Positions 38,202 through 47,094 of a stretch of 64,000 nt of DNA are shown one piece after another; positions within the stretch are counted from its first letter, which is position 1; each line of letters starts with the position of its first letter. Source of the stretch: Candidatus Latescibacterota bacterium. Lineage in GTDB: Bacteria; Latescibacterota; UBA2968; GCA-2709665. The stretch spans positions 1,440,001 to 1,504,000 of the forward strand of contig CBDCOX010000002.1 of assembly GCA_965219995.1 (NCBI GenBank). The letters run 5' to 3'. A program made the position numbers and the translations under genes. The notes below the pieces were generated by a model, which saw only the letters and a program-made list of their open reading frames with translations, was not told where the DNA came from and made no database searches.

Positions 38202-39434
38202 GTGAAAGAGCGGATGCTCACGGACGAAGAGACGGATGTTCGGTACCAAGCCATATTTGGCGATGTGTCAAGAATCGTCGACGCCGCCAGGCGATCGGCC
38301 GCTCGGTCAGCGAATTCCGTCATGACTGCCGCGTATTGGATGATCGGCCGTCGGATAGTTGAATTTGAACAATCAGGAGAAAAGCGTGCTGAATACGGGA
38401 CTGCGCTCATCGAAAGACTCTCGACCGACTTTAGGAAGCGCTTCGGGCGTGGATTTGGGTCTGTCAATCTGAGCCAGATGAAGAAATTCTATTTGCTGTG
38501 GTCAGATTCACGAATTCTTCAGACAGTGTCTGAAAAATCGGAAGATGGAGAAAGTTCGTCCAAGAGGCCTGCAAAACCTTCGCTGGCTATCCTCGCCACG
38601 CGCTTTCCCCTTCCTTGGTCCGCCTATGTGAGGCTGCTATCGGTCAAGAACATACATGCCCGTGAATTTTACGAAACCGAGGCTTTGCGCGGGGGTTGGA
38701 CGGTTCGTCAACTAAAACGGCAGATCGATTCTCAGTTCTACGAGCGAACTGCTCTTTCAAAGAACAAGGCCGCGATGCTCACACGGGGACAGAAGGCGAG
38801 ACCCGAAGATCGAGTCCTTCCCGAAGAGGAGATCAAAGACCCATTCGTTCTCGAATTCCTCGATCTCAAGGACGAGTACTCTGAAAGCGACCTTGAAGAA
38901 GCGCTAATTGCCCACTTGGAGGCCTTTCTATTGGAGTTAGGCGGGGATTTCTGCTTCATGGGCCGGCATCGGCGGCTTCGGGTCGGCGATGAGTGGTATC
39001 GAGTAGATCTGCTATTCTTCCATCGGCGTCTGCGCTGCCTGGTGGTCATCGACCTGAAGGTAGGCAAATTCAACCACGGCGATGCGGGGCAGATGCACCT
39101 TTATCTCAACTACGCCCGCGAACACTGGATGCACGATGATGAGAATCCGCCGGTCGGGCTGATCCTGTGTTCGCAGAAGGACGAGGCCGTTGCGCGGTAC
39201 GCGCTCGACGGATTGCCGAACCAGGTCATGGCTGCCGAATACAAAACGACTTTGCCGGACGAGGCCATCTTGGCGGCGGAAATCTACCGCACACGGCAGG
39301 CGTTAAACTTGCGTGCCGAGATAAAGTTCGGGGCTCCGAGCATGCGCGCCGAACTGAGAGTCAAAAAGCCGGAACAAGGGACAACGACCCGGACAGAAAG
39401 TCCGGGCGGCGACGCCGGAAAAGGCGAAGAGTAG
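38202..39434 (+). CDS. DUF1016 / YhcG family PD-(D/E)XK nuclease
   Basis: YWMIGRRIVE, LPWSAY, KDPFVLEFL, DLLFFHRRLRCLVVIDLK, GQMHLY motifs. Confidence 0.92.
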   Translation: MKERMLTDEETDVRYQAIFGDVSRIVDAARRSAARSANSVMTAAYWMIGRRIVEFEQSGEKRAEYGTALIERLSTDFRKRFGRGFGSVNLSQMKKFYLLWSDSRILQTVSEKSEDGESSSKRPAKPSLAILATRFPLPWSAYVRLLSVKNIHAREFYETEALRGGWTVRQLKRQIDSQFYERTALSKNKAAMLTRGQKARPEDRVLPEEEIKDPFVLEFLDLKDEYSESDLEEALIAHLEAFLLELGGDFCFMGRHRRLRVGDEWYRVDLLFFHRRLRCLVVIDLKVGKFNHGDAGQMHLYLNYAREHWMHDDENPPVGLILCSQKDEAVARYALDGLPNQVMAAEYKTTLPDEAILAAEIYRTRQALNLRAEIKFGAPSMRAELRVKKPEQGTTTRTESPGGDAGKGEE

Positions 39435-39533
39435 AACGGCGCACCCGTTTGATTAGAGACGAGGCCATCGCGACTAGTGTGCCGAGACCACTGAGTCGTG
39501 TGGACATTCCCGTACAGAACCTGATTCCAAATA

Positions 39534-40385
39534 ATGACAAATAGAAGTGACTCCAAGTTCGGTTTCCATCGTCTGCTGCTCGGAACCGCGCTCACCGTGG
39601 CCGCGATGGCTTCGAACCCATCATATGCGCAGGATTCCGATGGCAACACGGACAATTCGGCCGCGGAGTCCGGGGCCAACTCAGTTGCTCTGGGGGATTT
39701 CTATCTTCGTGCCGGGGCCGTGTTGGACTGGCCGTCGGGGACGCGGTTCGGCGACAGGAATTGTGATAGCACGTCGCCGGCGGCGCTCTTTGGATGCGGG
39801 GAGGGCGTGGACGGCGCTGCCTTGGGCGCCGCGGGCGGTTTCGATAGAACCACCGGATTCGCAGTCAGCGTCGGCTACAATGCCTCCCGTCGGATCCGCG
39901 TCGAAGCCGAGGTTCAGTACCGTATGGAGTTTTCTTTCAACGGCCGCGCCAATTTCACGCAAACCACGGGCCGTCAGGACGTCTCGGCCGACCTGTCCTC
40001 CCTTTCCGCGATTCTCAGCGTCTATGCGGACCTCCCCGGACGGGGGCCGCTCAGTCCCTTCCTCGGGTGCGGCGGCGGCCTGTCGCGCAATTCCATCGGC
40101 GATACCCGTATGGAGTTCCCCAGAACGACCACCGTCGTCCCCGGCGCAAGTCGGGTTGGGTTCGCATGGTTGTTGACCGCGGGCGTTGCGGCGCGGGTCG
40201 GAGAAGGGGTAACGGTCGACGTCAGCTGGCGGTACACGAATTCCGGCGCCGTGGAGACGGGAAGGGCCACGGGTCGAATCGTCTGGCGCGATGGAAGCCG
40301 GGACCCATTGGAACTCGATTTGGCAGAGACGTGGGCGGATCTCTCCAGCCACGGGCTTCGCGTGTCGTTACGCCGCGGACTCTGA
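39534..40385 (+). CDS. outer-membrane beta-barrel protein (opacity/OmpA-like)
   Basis: Signal peptide; RVEAE, YADL...PFLG.GGG, FAW...AG, DVSWRY strand pattern. Confidence 0.75.
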   Translation: MTNRSDSKFGFHRLLLGTALTVAAMASNPSYAQDSDGNTDNSAAESGANSVALGDFYLRAGAVLDWPSGTRFGDRNCDSTSPAALFGCGEGVDGAALGAAGGFDRTTGFAVSVGYNASRRIRVEAEVQYRMEFSFNGRANFTQTTGRQDVSADLSSLSAILSVYADLPGRGPLSPFLGCGGGLSRNSIGDTRMEFPRTTTVVPGASRVGFAWLLTAGVAARVGEGVTVDVSWRYTNSGAVETGRATGRIVWRDGSRDPLELDLAETWADLSSHGLRVSLRRGL

Positions 40386-40430
40386 ACCGGTGTTTCCGAC
40401 ACGATCGAAATTTCGTCAAGGAACCACAGC

Positions 40431-41090
40431 ATGACCACGCACAGCGTCTATTTCGCAGGCGAACTCTTCGACCACAAACATCTCATCGGCAATGCCATCC
40501 TGGCCGAAGCCATTGAGCGCGAATCAAATGGACGATACACCTGCATCGTGCCGCAGCACCTCGAACAGGCCACGGAACGGGCGGTCGACATCCGGAACCA
40601 GGACCTGAAGCAGGTGATGGCCAGCGATCTTGGCCTGTTCAACTTCGACGGCACGGACCTGGATTCCGGCACGGTCGTGGAATTCATGGTGGCCAAATTC
40701 CTCGACATTCCTTCGGTCATTCTGCGGTCCGACTTCCGGTCCTCCGGCGACCAGGACAAGGACGGCGACGCGTGGAACCTGATGTGCTCGTTCTACCCTC
40801 GCGTCCGCACGCTCGGATTCAACGCGATGTCCTGGTACCAGGAAGCGCGGGACGGATCTTTCGACGTGGGCGAGTTCTCGGACCGCTTGTACGCCAGAAT
40901 AGCCGATGCCGTCATCGAGCAACTGGACGCCGTCCGCGCCGAACCGCCGGTCGCCGAATCCAATGAGGACCGAATACGCAGCCTGTACGAGTGGATCATG
41001 CGCTTTCCCGGCGGCGGACTGGAGGACGTTTGCGGGCCGGGTTTCGTGGACGAGGTGATCGCGTCCAAGCGAAGGAAGGGGCTGCTATAG
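40431..41090 (+). CDS. nucleoside 2-deoxyribosyltransferase family protein
   Basis: YFAGELF, DSGTVVE, DFR, WNLM motifs. Confidence 0.85.
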   Translation: MTTHSVYFAGELFDHKHLIGNAILAEAIERESNGRYTCIVPQHLEQATERAVDIRNQDLKQVMASDLGLFNFDGTDLDSGTVVEFMVAKFLDIPSVILRSDFRSSGDQDKDGDAWNLMCSFYPRVRTLGFNAMSWYQEARDGSFDVGEFSDRLYARIADAVIEQLDAVRAEPPVAESNEDRIRSLYEWIMRFPGGGLEDVCGPGFVDEVIASKRRKGLL

Positions 41091-41183
41091 AGAAACGAAC
41101 AGCCCGGCGGCCAATGGGAAGACGCGCCAACCGGACTGTGCAGGGCTTACCGCAAGCGCGACCCAAACGAAAGGCGTTGAAAT

Positions 41184-41290
41184 CCCCCCTCCGCATCAGC
41201 CGTCGCGGGCCCTTCGACAAGCTTGCTTCGACAAGCTCAGCACAAGCAGGGTCCGGCTCGGCTTCTGCGACTCTCCCTCAAGTGGGGAGT
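41184..41290. repeat. composite REP-like element (CTTCGACAAGCT unit nested in a G/C-run palindromic repeat)
   Basis: CCTTCGACAAGCTTGCTTCGACAAGCTCAG at 41211-41240; ACTCTCCCTCAAGTGGGGAGT hairpin at 41270-41290. Confidence 0.55.
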
Positions 41291-41445
41291 AATTACACCG
41301 TTGAACGGGCTGGCGCGTTCAACTCCCTCTATTTGGTAACGGCTGAGCACTGCGAAGCCGCGCCAGGCTGTTGACCTTTATCCTGGCCATCCTGTCCATC
41401 CATGTAAGTTTGTCTTTTTTTGTTTTCCCGACTCAGGAGCCAGCC

Positions 41446-42600
41446 ATGTACGATATTTTAGGCGGACTGCCCTGGATACAGTCGAAACGGACCGGCCGTT
41501 TCTCCTCATGGGATACGTCGGGCCGCAACAGCGACGCGTGGACCATCGAACCCGGTGAAACCCGCGTTCTGGCCGATATCGACGGCCCCGCCTGCATCAC
41601 CCATCTCTGGTTCACCCAGCGCAACCACTACCGCGAGTGCCTGCTGAAGATCACCTACGACGATGCGGATGAACCCAGCGTTCTGTGTCCCCTTGGGGAT
41701 TTCTTCGGCCTGGGCCACGGCATTGTCAATTCCTACCAGTCGCTGCTGTTTACCGCGTCGACCAACAGCAACAATCAGTTCGAAACCGGCTGCGCGCTGA
41801 ACGCGTACGTGCCGATGCCGTTTCGGGAGCGTGCCCTCGTCGAACTGGTCAATGAAAGCCTGGAAACTCACCGGCAATATTTCTACGTGGATTGGGAGAC
41901 CTGCCCGGACGGACTGCCGGACGACAACGGGTATTTCCACGCTGAGTTCCGGCGTGAAAACCCCTTCGGCGGCTGGGGTCACGAGATCCGCGTGAACACG
42001 CCGGAAGCGGACATCATCAATACCGGACGCGAGGCTTGGGAGAACAACTACGTCATCCTGGACGCCGGGGGGCGCGGCCACTACATCGGCTGCAATCTAA
42101 GCGTCACCAATTTCCAGGGGACGTGGTGGGGCGAGGGCGACGACATGATCTGGGTGGACGGATACAGATGGCCGCCGGACCTGCACGGCACCGGCAGCGA
42201 GGACTACCTGAACCAGGCCTGGGGCATGCAGCCCAATGCGTTCCTGCGCAACGGTTCCTCAATCTACGAGGGGGATACCGGGGGGTATCAGACCAGCTAC
42301 GTGCACCACCTGGAGAATCCCGTACGATTCGAGAGGGAAGTCAGGGTGACCATCGAGCACGGCCACGGGAACCACCTGTGCAACGAGATGAGCAGCGTGG
42401 CCTACTGGTACGGCGACAGGCCCCGCGCCGTCGTGCAGCCGCCCGCGGTGGACCAGCGCCTTGCCGTGCGGCGCGACAACCGTGGGAACTGGCTGTATGA
42501 CGCGAGATCGCAGACCACCTCGCGCACCATCCCTCTGAACGACGAGATGAAGGACAACAAGGCACGCTGGAACCGGGGGAGATCCGTGACGGATTCGTAG
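41446..42600 (+). CDS. DUF2961 / GH172 family glycoside hydrolase
   Basis: SSWD..GRN.D, PLGDFFG, PMPF, WWGEGDD, HGTGSEDY, IEHGH motifs; AGGAG RBS. Confidence 0.88.
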   Translation: MYDILGGLPWIQSKRTGRFSSWDTSGRNSDAWTIEPGETRVLADIDGPACITHLWFTQRNHYRECLLKITYDDADEPSVLCPLGDFFGLGHGIVNSYQSLLFTASTNSNNQFETGCALNAYVPMPFRERALVELVNESLETHRQYFYVDWETCPDGLPDDNGYFHAEFRRENPFGGWGHEIRVNTPEADIINTGREAWENNYVILDAGGRGHYIGCNLSVTNFQGTWWGEGDDMIWVDGYRWPPDLHGTGSEDYLNQAWGMQPNAFLRNGSSIYEGDTGGYQTSYVHHLENPVRFEREVRVTIEHGHGNHLCNEMSSVAYWYGDRPRAVVQPPAVDQRLAVRRDNRGNWLYDARSQTTSRTIPLNDEMKDNKARWNRGRSVTDS

Positions 42601-42653
42601 CGCCACGCGGGGCCCGGCGAGAAATAACCGGGAGGCGCAGGCGGGATAGGGCA

Positions 42654-44129
42654 ATGACGAAAGGCAAACAGCCGAATATCGTGCTCATCATGTCCGACCA
42701 GCACAACGCGAACGTGATGGGCTGCGCGGGAAACCCGATTGTCCGGACGCCCAACCTGGATGCGCTGGCCGGACAGGGCACCCGCTTCACGAACGCCTAT
42801 TGCCCCTATCCGCTGTGCGCCCCGTCCCGCATGGGCTTTATGGCAGGCACCTATCCCAGCGAAGTTGGGGGTTTCGACAACAGCGGGACCCTCTCTTCAG
42901 ATGTGCCCACGTTCGCCCACGGCCTGAGTGCGGCGGGTTACGAGACCCTCCTGTGCGGACGGATGCACTTTATCGGGCCAAACCGATTACACGGTTTCGG
43001 GAAACGCATCCACGGCGACTGCGGTGGGACGCTATCTCCGGAAATCCGGGGATCGGGAAACAACCGTACGACCGGGCAGTCGAAATACGCCGTTGAGGTT
43101 GCCGGATACGGAAGCACAGGGTACCAGGCCTTCGACGACAGCGTCACGGAAGCGGCGTGCAACGACATCTCAACATGGACGGGGGACGGTCGCCCCCACT
43201 GCCTGGTTGTCGGTCTGATACTGCCCCACAACCCCCTCATCTGTTCCCGACCCCTGTTCGACCGCTACCTTGAGGAGATTCCGCTCCCGGAGCCCGCATC
43301 CCGCGCCTATCTGGACGCCCTCCATCCCGCAATGAGACGATGGCGCGAACGCCGGGGCGTGGACGAGTTGACGCGCGAACAGAACCGGCGGGGACTGGCC
43401 GCCTATTACGGCCTGGTCACGGAACTCGACACAAACGTCGGTAGAATCGTGAATGCGGTCAAGTCTTCCCCGGCAGCCGAAAATACAGTCATCATCTACT
43501 GCTCGGACCATGGCGATATGGCCTGCGAGCACGGCATGTGGTGGAAGAGCAGTTTTTACGACGGTTCGGCCCGCGTTCCACTGATCGTATCCTGCCCCGG
43601 GCAAGTTTCACGCGGCACCAACAACGCCGTTGTCAGCCTCATCGACGTGGGCCCCACGGTCCTTGAACTGGCCGGCGCGGCGGCCCTACCCGGTGTATCG
43701 GGAAGGAGTCTCGCGGGTTTCCTGCGCGGTGACGGCGCCATTCCCGGCTGGTCCGACGAAGTTTATTCGGAATACATCGGTCTCCTGGGCGACGGACCCG
43801 CCTGCATGGTCCGCCGAGGGCCATGGAAGCTGAGCTACTATCATGAATTCCGATCCTGCCAGCTATTCAACATGGAGGAGGACCCGGGCGAAATGCGCGA
43901 CCTTGCGCAGGATCCAGGCTTCACGGGAATCGTGGCGGACTGCGGGGACAGAATTCACGCACGGTGGTGCGCCGAGCGCATGCTCGATGACGCCGAAAGA
44001 CAGAAACGAGCGCGGGACCTGATCAGGCTGGCCGGTCGCAGCGCCATACCCCGACCTGGCGCCCCCTTCGTCGCTCCAGCGGGATGTAACCGGTTCGACT
44101 TTTCGCAGTTGCCCGATCGTGCGACATAG
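42654..44129 (+). CDS. sulfatase (Cys-type, choline-sulfatase-like)
   Basis: PNIVLIMSDQH, CAPSR, GRMHF, SDHGD, DPGE motifs. Confidence 0.92.
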   Translation: MTKGKQPNIVLIMSDQHNANVMGCAGNPIVRTPNLDALAGQGTRFTNAYCPYPLCAPSRMGFMAGTYPSEVGGFDNSGTLSSDVPTFAHGLSAAGYETLLCGRMHFIGPNRLHGFGKRIHGDCGGTLSPEIRGSGNNRTTGQSKYAVEVAGYGSTGYQAFDDSVTEAACNDISTWTGDGRPHCLVVGLILPHNPLICSRPLFDRYLEEIPLPEPASRAYLDALHPAMRRWRERRGVDELTREQNRRGLAAYYGLVTELDTNVGRIVNAVKSSPAAENTVIIYCSDHGDMACEHGMWWKSSFYDGSARVPLIVSCPGQVSRGTNNAVVSLIDVGPTVLELAGAAALPGVSGRSLAGFLRGDGAIPGWSDEVYSEYIGLLGDGPACMVRRGPWKLSYYHEFRSCQLFNMEEDPGEMRDLAQDPGFTGIVADCGDRIHARWCAERMLDDAERQKRARDLIRLAGRSAIPRPGAPFVAPAGCNRFDFSQLPDRAT

Positions 44130-44136
44130 ACCAGAC

Positions 44137-45804
44137 TCAACTTTCACTCGCCAATAACCCCTCCGTCGCATCAGACCACGTGCCGCATCGGACCTCGAGC
44201 GTCCAATCAACCGGCGTCTGCAGCGCAATCAGAACCCGGCACGCCTCCGGCGCCTGTTCACTCCAGCGCATCTGCCACATTCTGTGCGCGCAGGCGCCGG
44301 GACCCACGGCAATCGCGTCGTTTCCAACGTGGTAGGTCGCGTACCCGGACTTCAGGAACGCGATCTGCCCCGCCCTCCCCTGGATGGCGCCGCTGTCGAA
44401 GTCGAGTTCCCCACCCGGCGCAAAATCGCACGTAATCTGAAACGGCACCCTGTCCATCGCGTCCGACCGGACCCGCAGGTCGAACCCGCCGTCCACCTCC
44501 TTCACCGTCATCTCCATTGACAGTGGCGGCACCGGGGTAAATTCCCGCTTCCAGCGCGCCTCCTCCCACTGTGTCTGGTCCACCGGTTCGCCCAGCGGGT
44601 GGAAGTACCCGGGGCTGTCGTAGTGCCACCCTCTTCCGGGATGCGTGATCCGGATCCCGCCGCCCGCCTCGCGGAAATTCTCCCCCACAAACTGCGACGT
44701 TCCATAATAACTTGCACAGATTTGAACCGCGGTTAATTCGGCTTCGCCGTACTTCAGGCCGAACGCCGACGGTATCCCCGAGGCCGTCGTCGCGCTCATC
44801 CTTCCCCTGCGCACCCGCCAGATCCCCGAGACCGGATACACCTTCGAATAGCTTTCGGACAATGGCGCTCGCTTCAGGTTGTCCTCACGCCATTCGGGGT
44901 GTTCCAGGAAGGGGTGCAGCGTCCACGGCAGTCCACCGGGTTCCCGATCGAACAGCCAGTCGGCGACCGACGCGTAAAATCCGTTGTCCTCGGCGCGCGC
45001 CATCGCGTAATAGCTGTCCGCCAGAAACACCGGGACCGTCCGCTGTCCGCGGTCCTGCCTTTGCGACACGCTGGTCACAACCGTGCCGTCTGCATGGAGG
45101 AGGTGGCAGGAAAGGTCCAGGTTCTGCCGAACGGGATCCAGTAACTCCGGCCGGCCCAGCGCCTCAGCGGCGATTCGCAGCGACCGGTTGCAGACCGCGT
45201 TGTAGACTCCAGTGCTCCGCTCCGAATATTCCCCGTCGGCATTGATATCGATGGTCTCCGCCAGGTACGCCTCGATCGTATCCATAACATCCAGATCCGG
45301 AAACAGCGCCCGCGCCTGTGCGAGGGCTGAGACCAACACCCACCGGTGGTTGGGCGTATGGAAACCGCCCTCAGCCATACCCGGCGTGGCGGTATGGATC
45401 AACTCGCCGAGCGCCCCGGCGATCTCCCTGGCCCCGGCATCGTCCTCGACCTTCCGCGCCGCCACCACCACCGGCGCCATCAATTGCACCAGAAAGCCGG
45501 TATCCGGCGCCGAATCGAAATTGGTCTCCACCAGGTCGAACCTCCCGGATTCCCGCCGGATTCTCCGGCCGAACCCGGCGCCAAGCAGGATTCGCTCCAG
45601 GACTTCGGCGCTGCGAGAGTGCGCGGAGCCCTCCAGCAGCCAGGCGTAGCAGAGAGGAACGACCTGCCCCACGCCGGTCCCGCCGGCCACGCCGTGGTCC
45701 ACAAACCCTCCATGGTTCGGATTGGACCGGTCCAGGATCTGTTTTGGCAGAATGGTCGCGACCCGGGCATCGAGCAGCGGCAGCAGGGCGTCGTAGGTTA
45801 ACAT
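44137..45804 (-). CDS. conserved hypothetical protein, possible heparinase II/III-like (alpha-toroid + beta-sandwich)
   Basis: GGFHTPNHRWV, DGEYSERS..YN, S.RQD motifs; ATG 45804 with GGAGG RBS. Confidence 0.6.
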   Translation of the reverse strand: MLTYDALLPLLDARVATILPKQILDRSNPNHGGFVDHGVAGGTGVGQVVPLCYAWLLEGSAHSRSAEVLERILLGAGFGRRIRRESGRFDLVETNFDSAPDTGFLVQLMAPVVVAARKVEDDAGAREIAGALGELIHTATPGMAEGGFHTPNHRWVLVSALAQARALFPDLDVMDTIEAYLAETIDINADGEYSERSTGVYNAVCNRSLRIAAEALGRPELLDPVRQNLDLSCHLLHADGTVVTSVSQRQDRGQRTVPVFLADSYYAMARAEDNGFYASVADWLFDREPGGLPWTLHPFLEHPEWREDNLKRAPLSESYSKVYPVSGIWRVRRGRMSATTASGIPSAFGLKYGEAELTAVQICASYYGTSQFVGENFREAGGGIRITHPGRGWHYDSPGYFHPLGEPVDQTQWEEARWKREFTPVPPLSMEMTVKEVDGGFDLRVRSDAMDRVPFQITCDFAPGGELDFDSGAIQGRAGQIAFLKSGYATYHVGNDAIAVGPGACAHRMWQMRWSEQAPEACRVLIALQTPVDWTLEVRCGTWSDATEGLLASES

Positions 45805-46116
45805 CGGATGGCCTCCCCCTGGGGCGGTGTGTGTTCGTGTCTTCGACGACAATTAACGGTATGCATGGTACGCGCGCATCCGGTCATCCGAAACTCGCAA
45901 GTTACTTCGCGGACCGGTGGATGGCAAACGGGTTCTTCAAGATCGATAAATAGCGGCTGGACATCCGGCCCCGCGCTTCTTTTTGAAAAAACAGACTTGA
46001 CTTTTCCGGAAACGATTTCGGATATTCTGGAGGCCTGCCAGAACAACATCACTGCCTGATCCCGGTCCTCGCGGTGTAGCTTTCCGGGCGCGGAGAGGTC
46101 TCGGAGGAGTTTTCTT

Positions 46117-47013
46117 ATGCGTCTTGTGCTGCGCGTCATTTCGGCGGTCTTCGCTTTTCAGATGTTTTGTTACAACTCCGACGTCTGGTCCCAATCGGAA
46201 CCCGTAGAGCCACCGCGTTCCGGTTGGTACGTCGGCGCGACACTGGGATTGAACCGGGCGAACGACATCGAGCAGGACGGTTGGAATCGGGACACGTTCT
46301 GCTATCCGACGGATGCCTGTTTCGATCTGGACCCCGTTCCCCGGATCTCGGGATATCGCTGGCACTACAATGTCGAACCCGCCCGCGGCACTGCGTTTGA
46401 GGTCTCTTTCGGACGCGTGCTCGGACCCAAACGCCTGGAGCTATCGCTCGCTCAGAAGAAGAACGGCGTCAGCCAGGTCTTTCGAAGCGTCACCGACTAC
46501 GACGGCGTGCGCATGGAGGACCGCCGTGGCGGCACGGTCGCGTCCAACACCCGGGCTTCGATTGACGATCTCGTCGTGCGCTCGTTTTCGCTCAACGCAT
46601 ACTACGATCTACATGGTGCGCGCATCGGAATTTCACCCTTTATAGGCTTCGGGTTGGGAGCGGCGCAGGTCGTGATGGCCGGGGCGCACTTCTCGAACGA
46701 CCACCAGGAAACATCGGTCGGCGGCCAGGTTTACGATCCGCCGCTTTCATTCTACAACAGCCGCCAGGATGGAGACCTCTCCGACGTGGTTCCGGTCGGA
46801 AGCGTGCACGGGGGCGCTGACTACACGGTCGGCGACAGGACGATACTGGGATTGAAGTTGACGTACTCGATGATCGGCGGCACTGAAGTCCGCGGGGATT
46901 ATTCGACCCATCCGATGCACAGCCTGGATCCGGACTTCCCAAACCACAATACGTTCGCCGGGGCTCGTCAATGGACGCTGACACTCAATGCCAGGCGGAT
47001 TTTCGGCAACTGA
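46117..47013 (+). CDS. outer-membrane beta-barrel protein
   Basis: Signal peptide; GWYVG, RLEL, NAYYD...PFIGFGLG strand pattern. Confidence 0.75.
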   Translation: MRLVLRVISAVFAFQMFCYNSDVWSQSEPVEPPRSGWYVGATLGLNRANDIEQDGWNRDTFCYPTDACFDLDPVPRISGYRWHYNVEPARGTAFEVSFGRVLGPKRLELSLAQKKNGVSQVFRSVTDYDGVRMEDRRGGTVASNTRASIDDLVVRSFSLNAYYDLHGARIGISPFIGFGLGAAQVVMAGAHFSNDHQETSVGGQVYDPPLSFYNSRQDGDLSDVVPVGSVHGGADYTVGDRTILGLKLTYSMIGGTEVRGDYSTHPMHSLDPDFPNHNTFAGARQWTLTLNARRIFGN

Positions 47014-47094
47014 ATCGGCTATCCGGCGCCTCGCCGCGCTGGCGACCTGAGAGCACCCATTAATTCGATCCGGACTTCCGTTGCGAGGATTGAC

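Noticed and set aside
45997-46022. Possible promoter and LacI-like palindrome TCCGGAAACGATTTCGGA upstream of the OMP gene
   Set aside because: The -35/-10 spacing is poor and no regulator is nearby; too weak to call.
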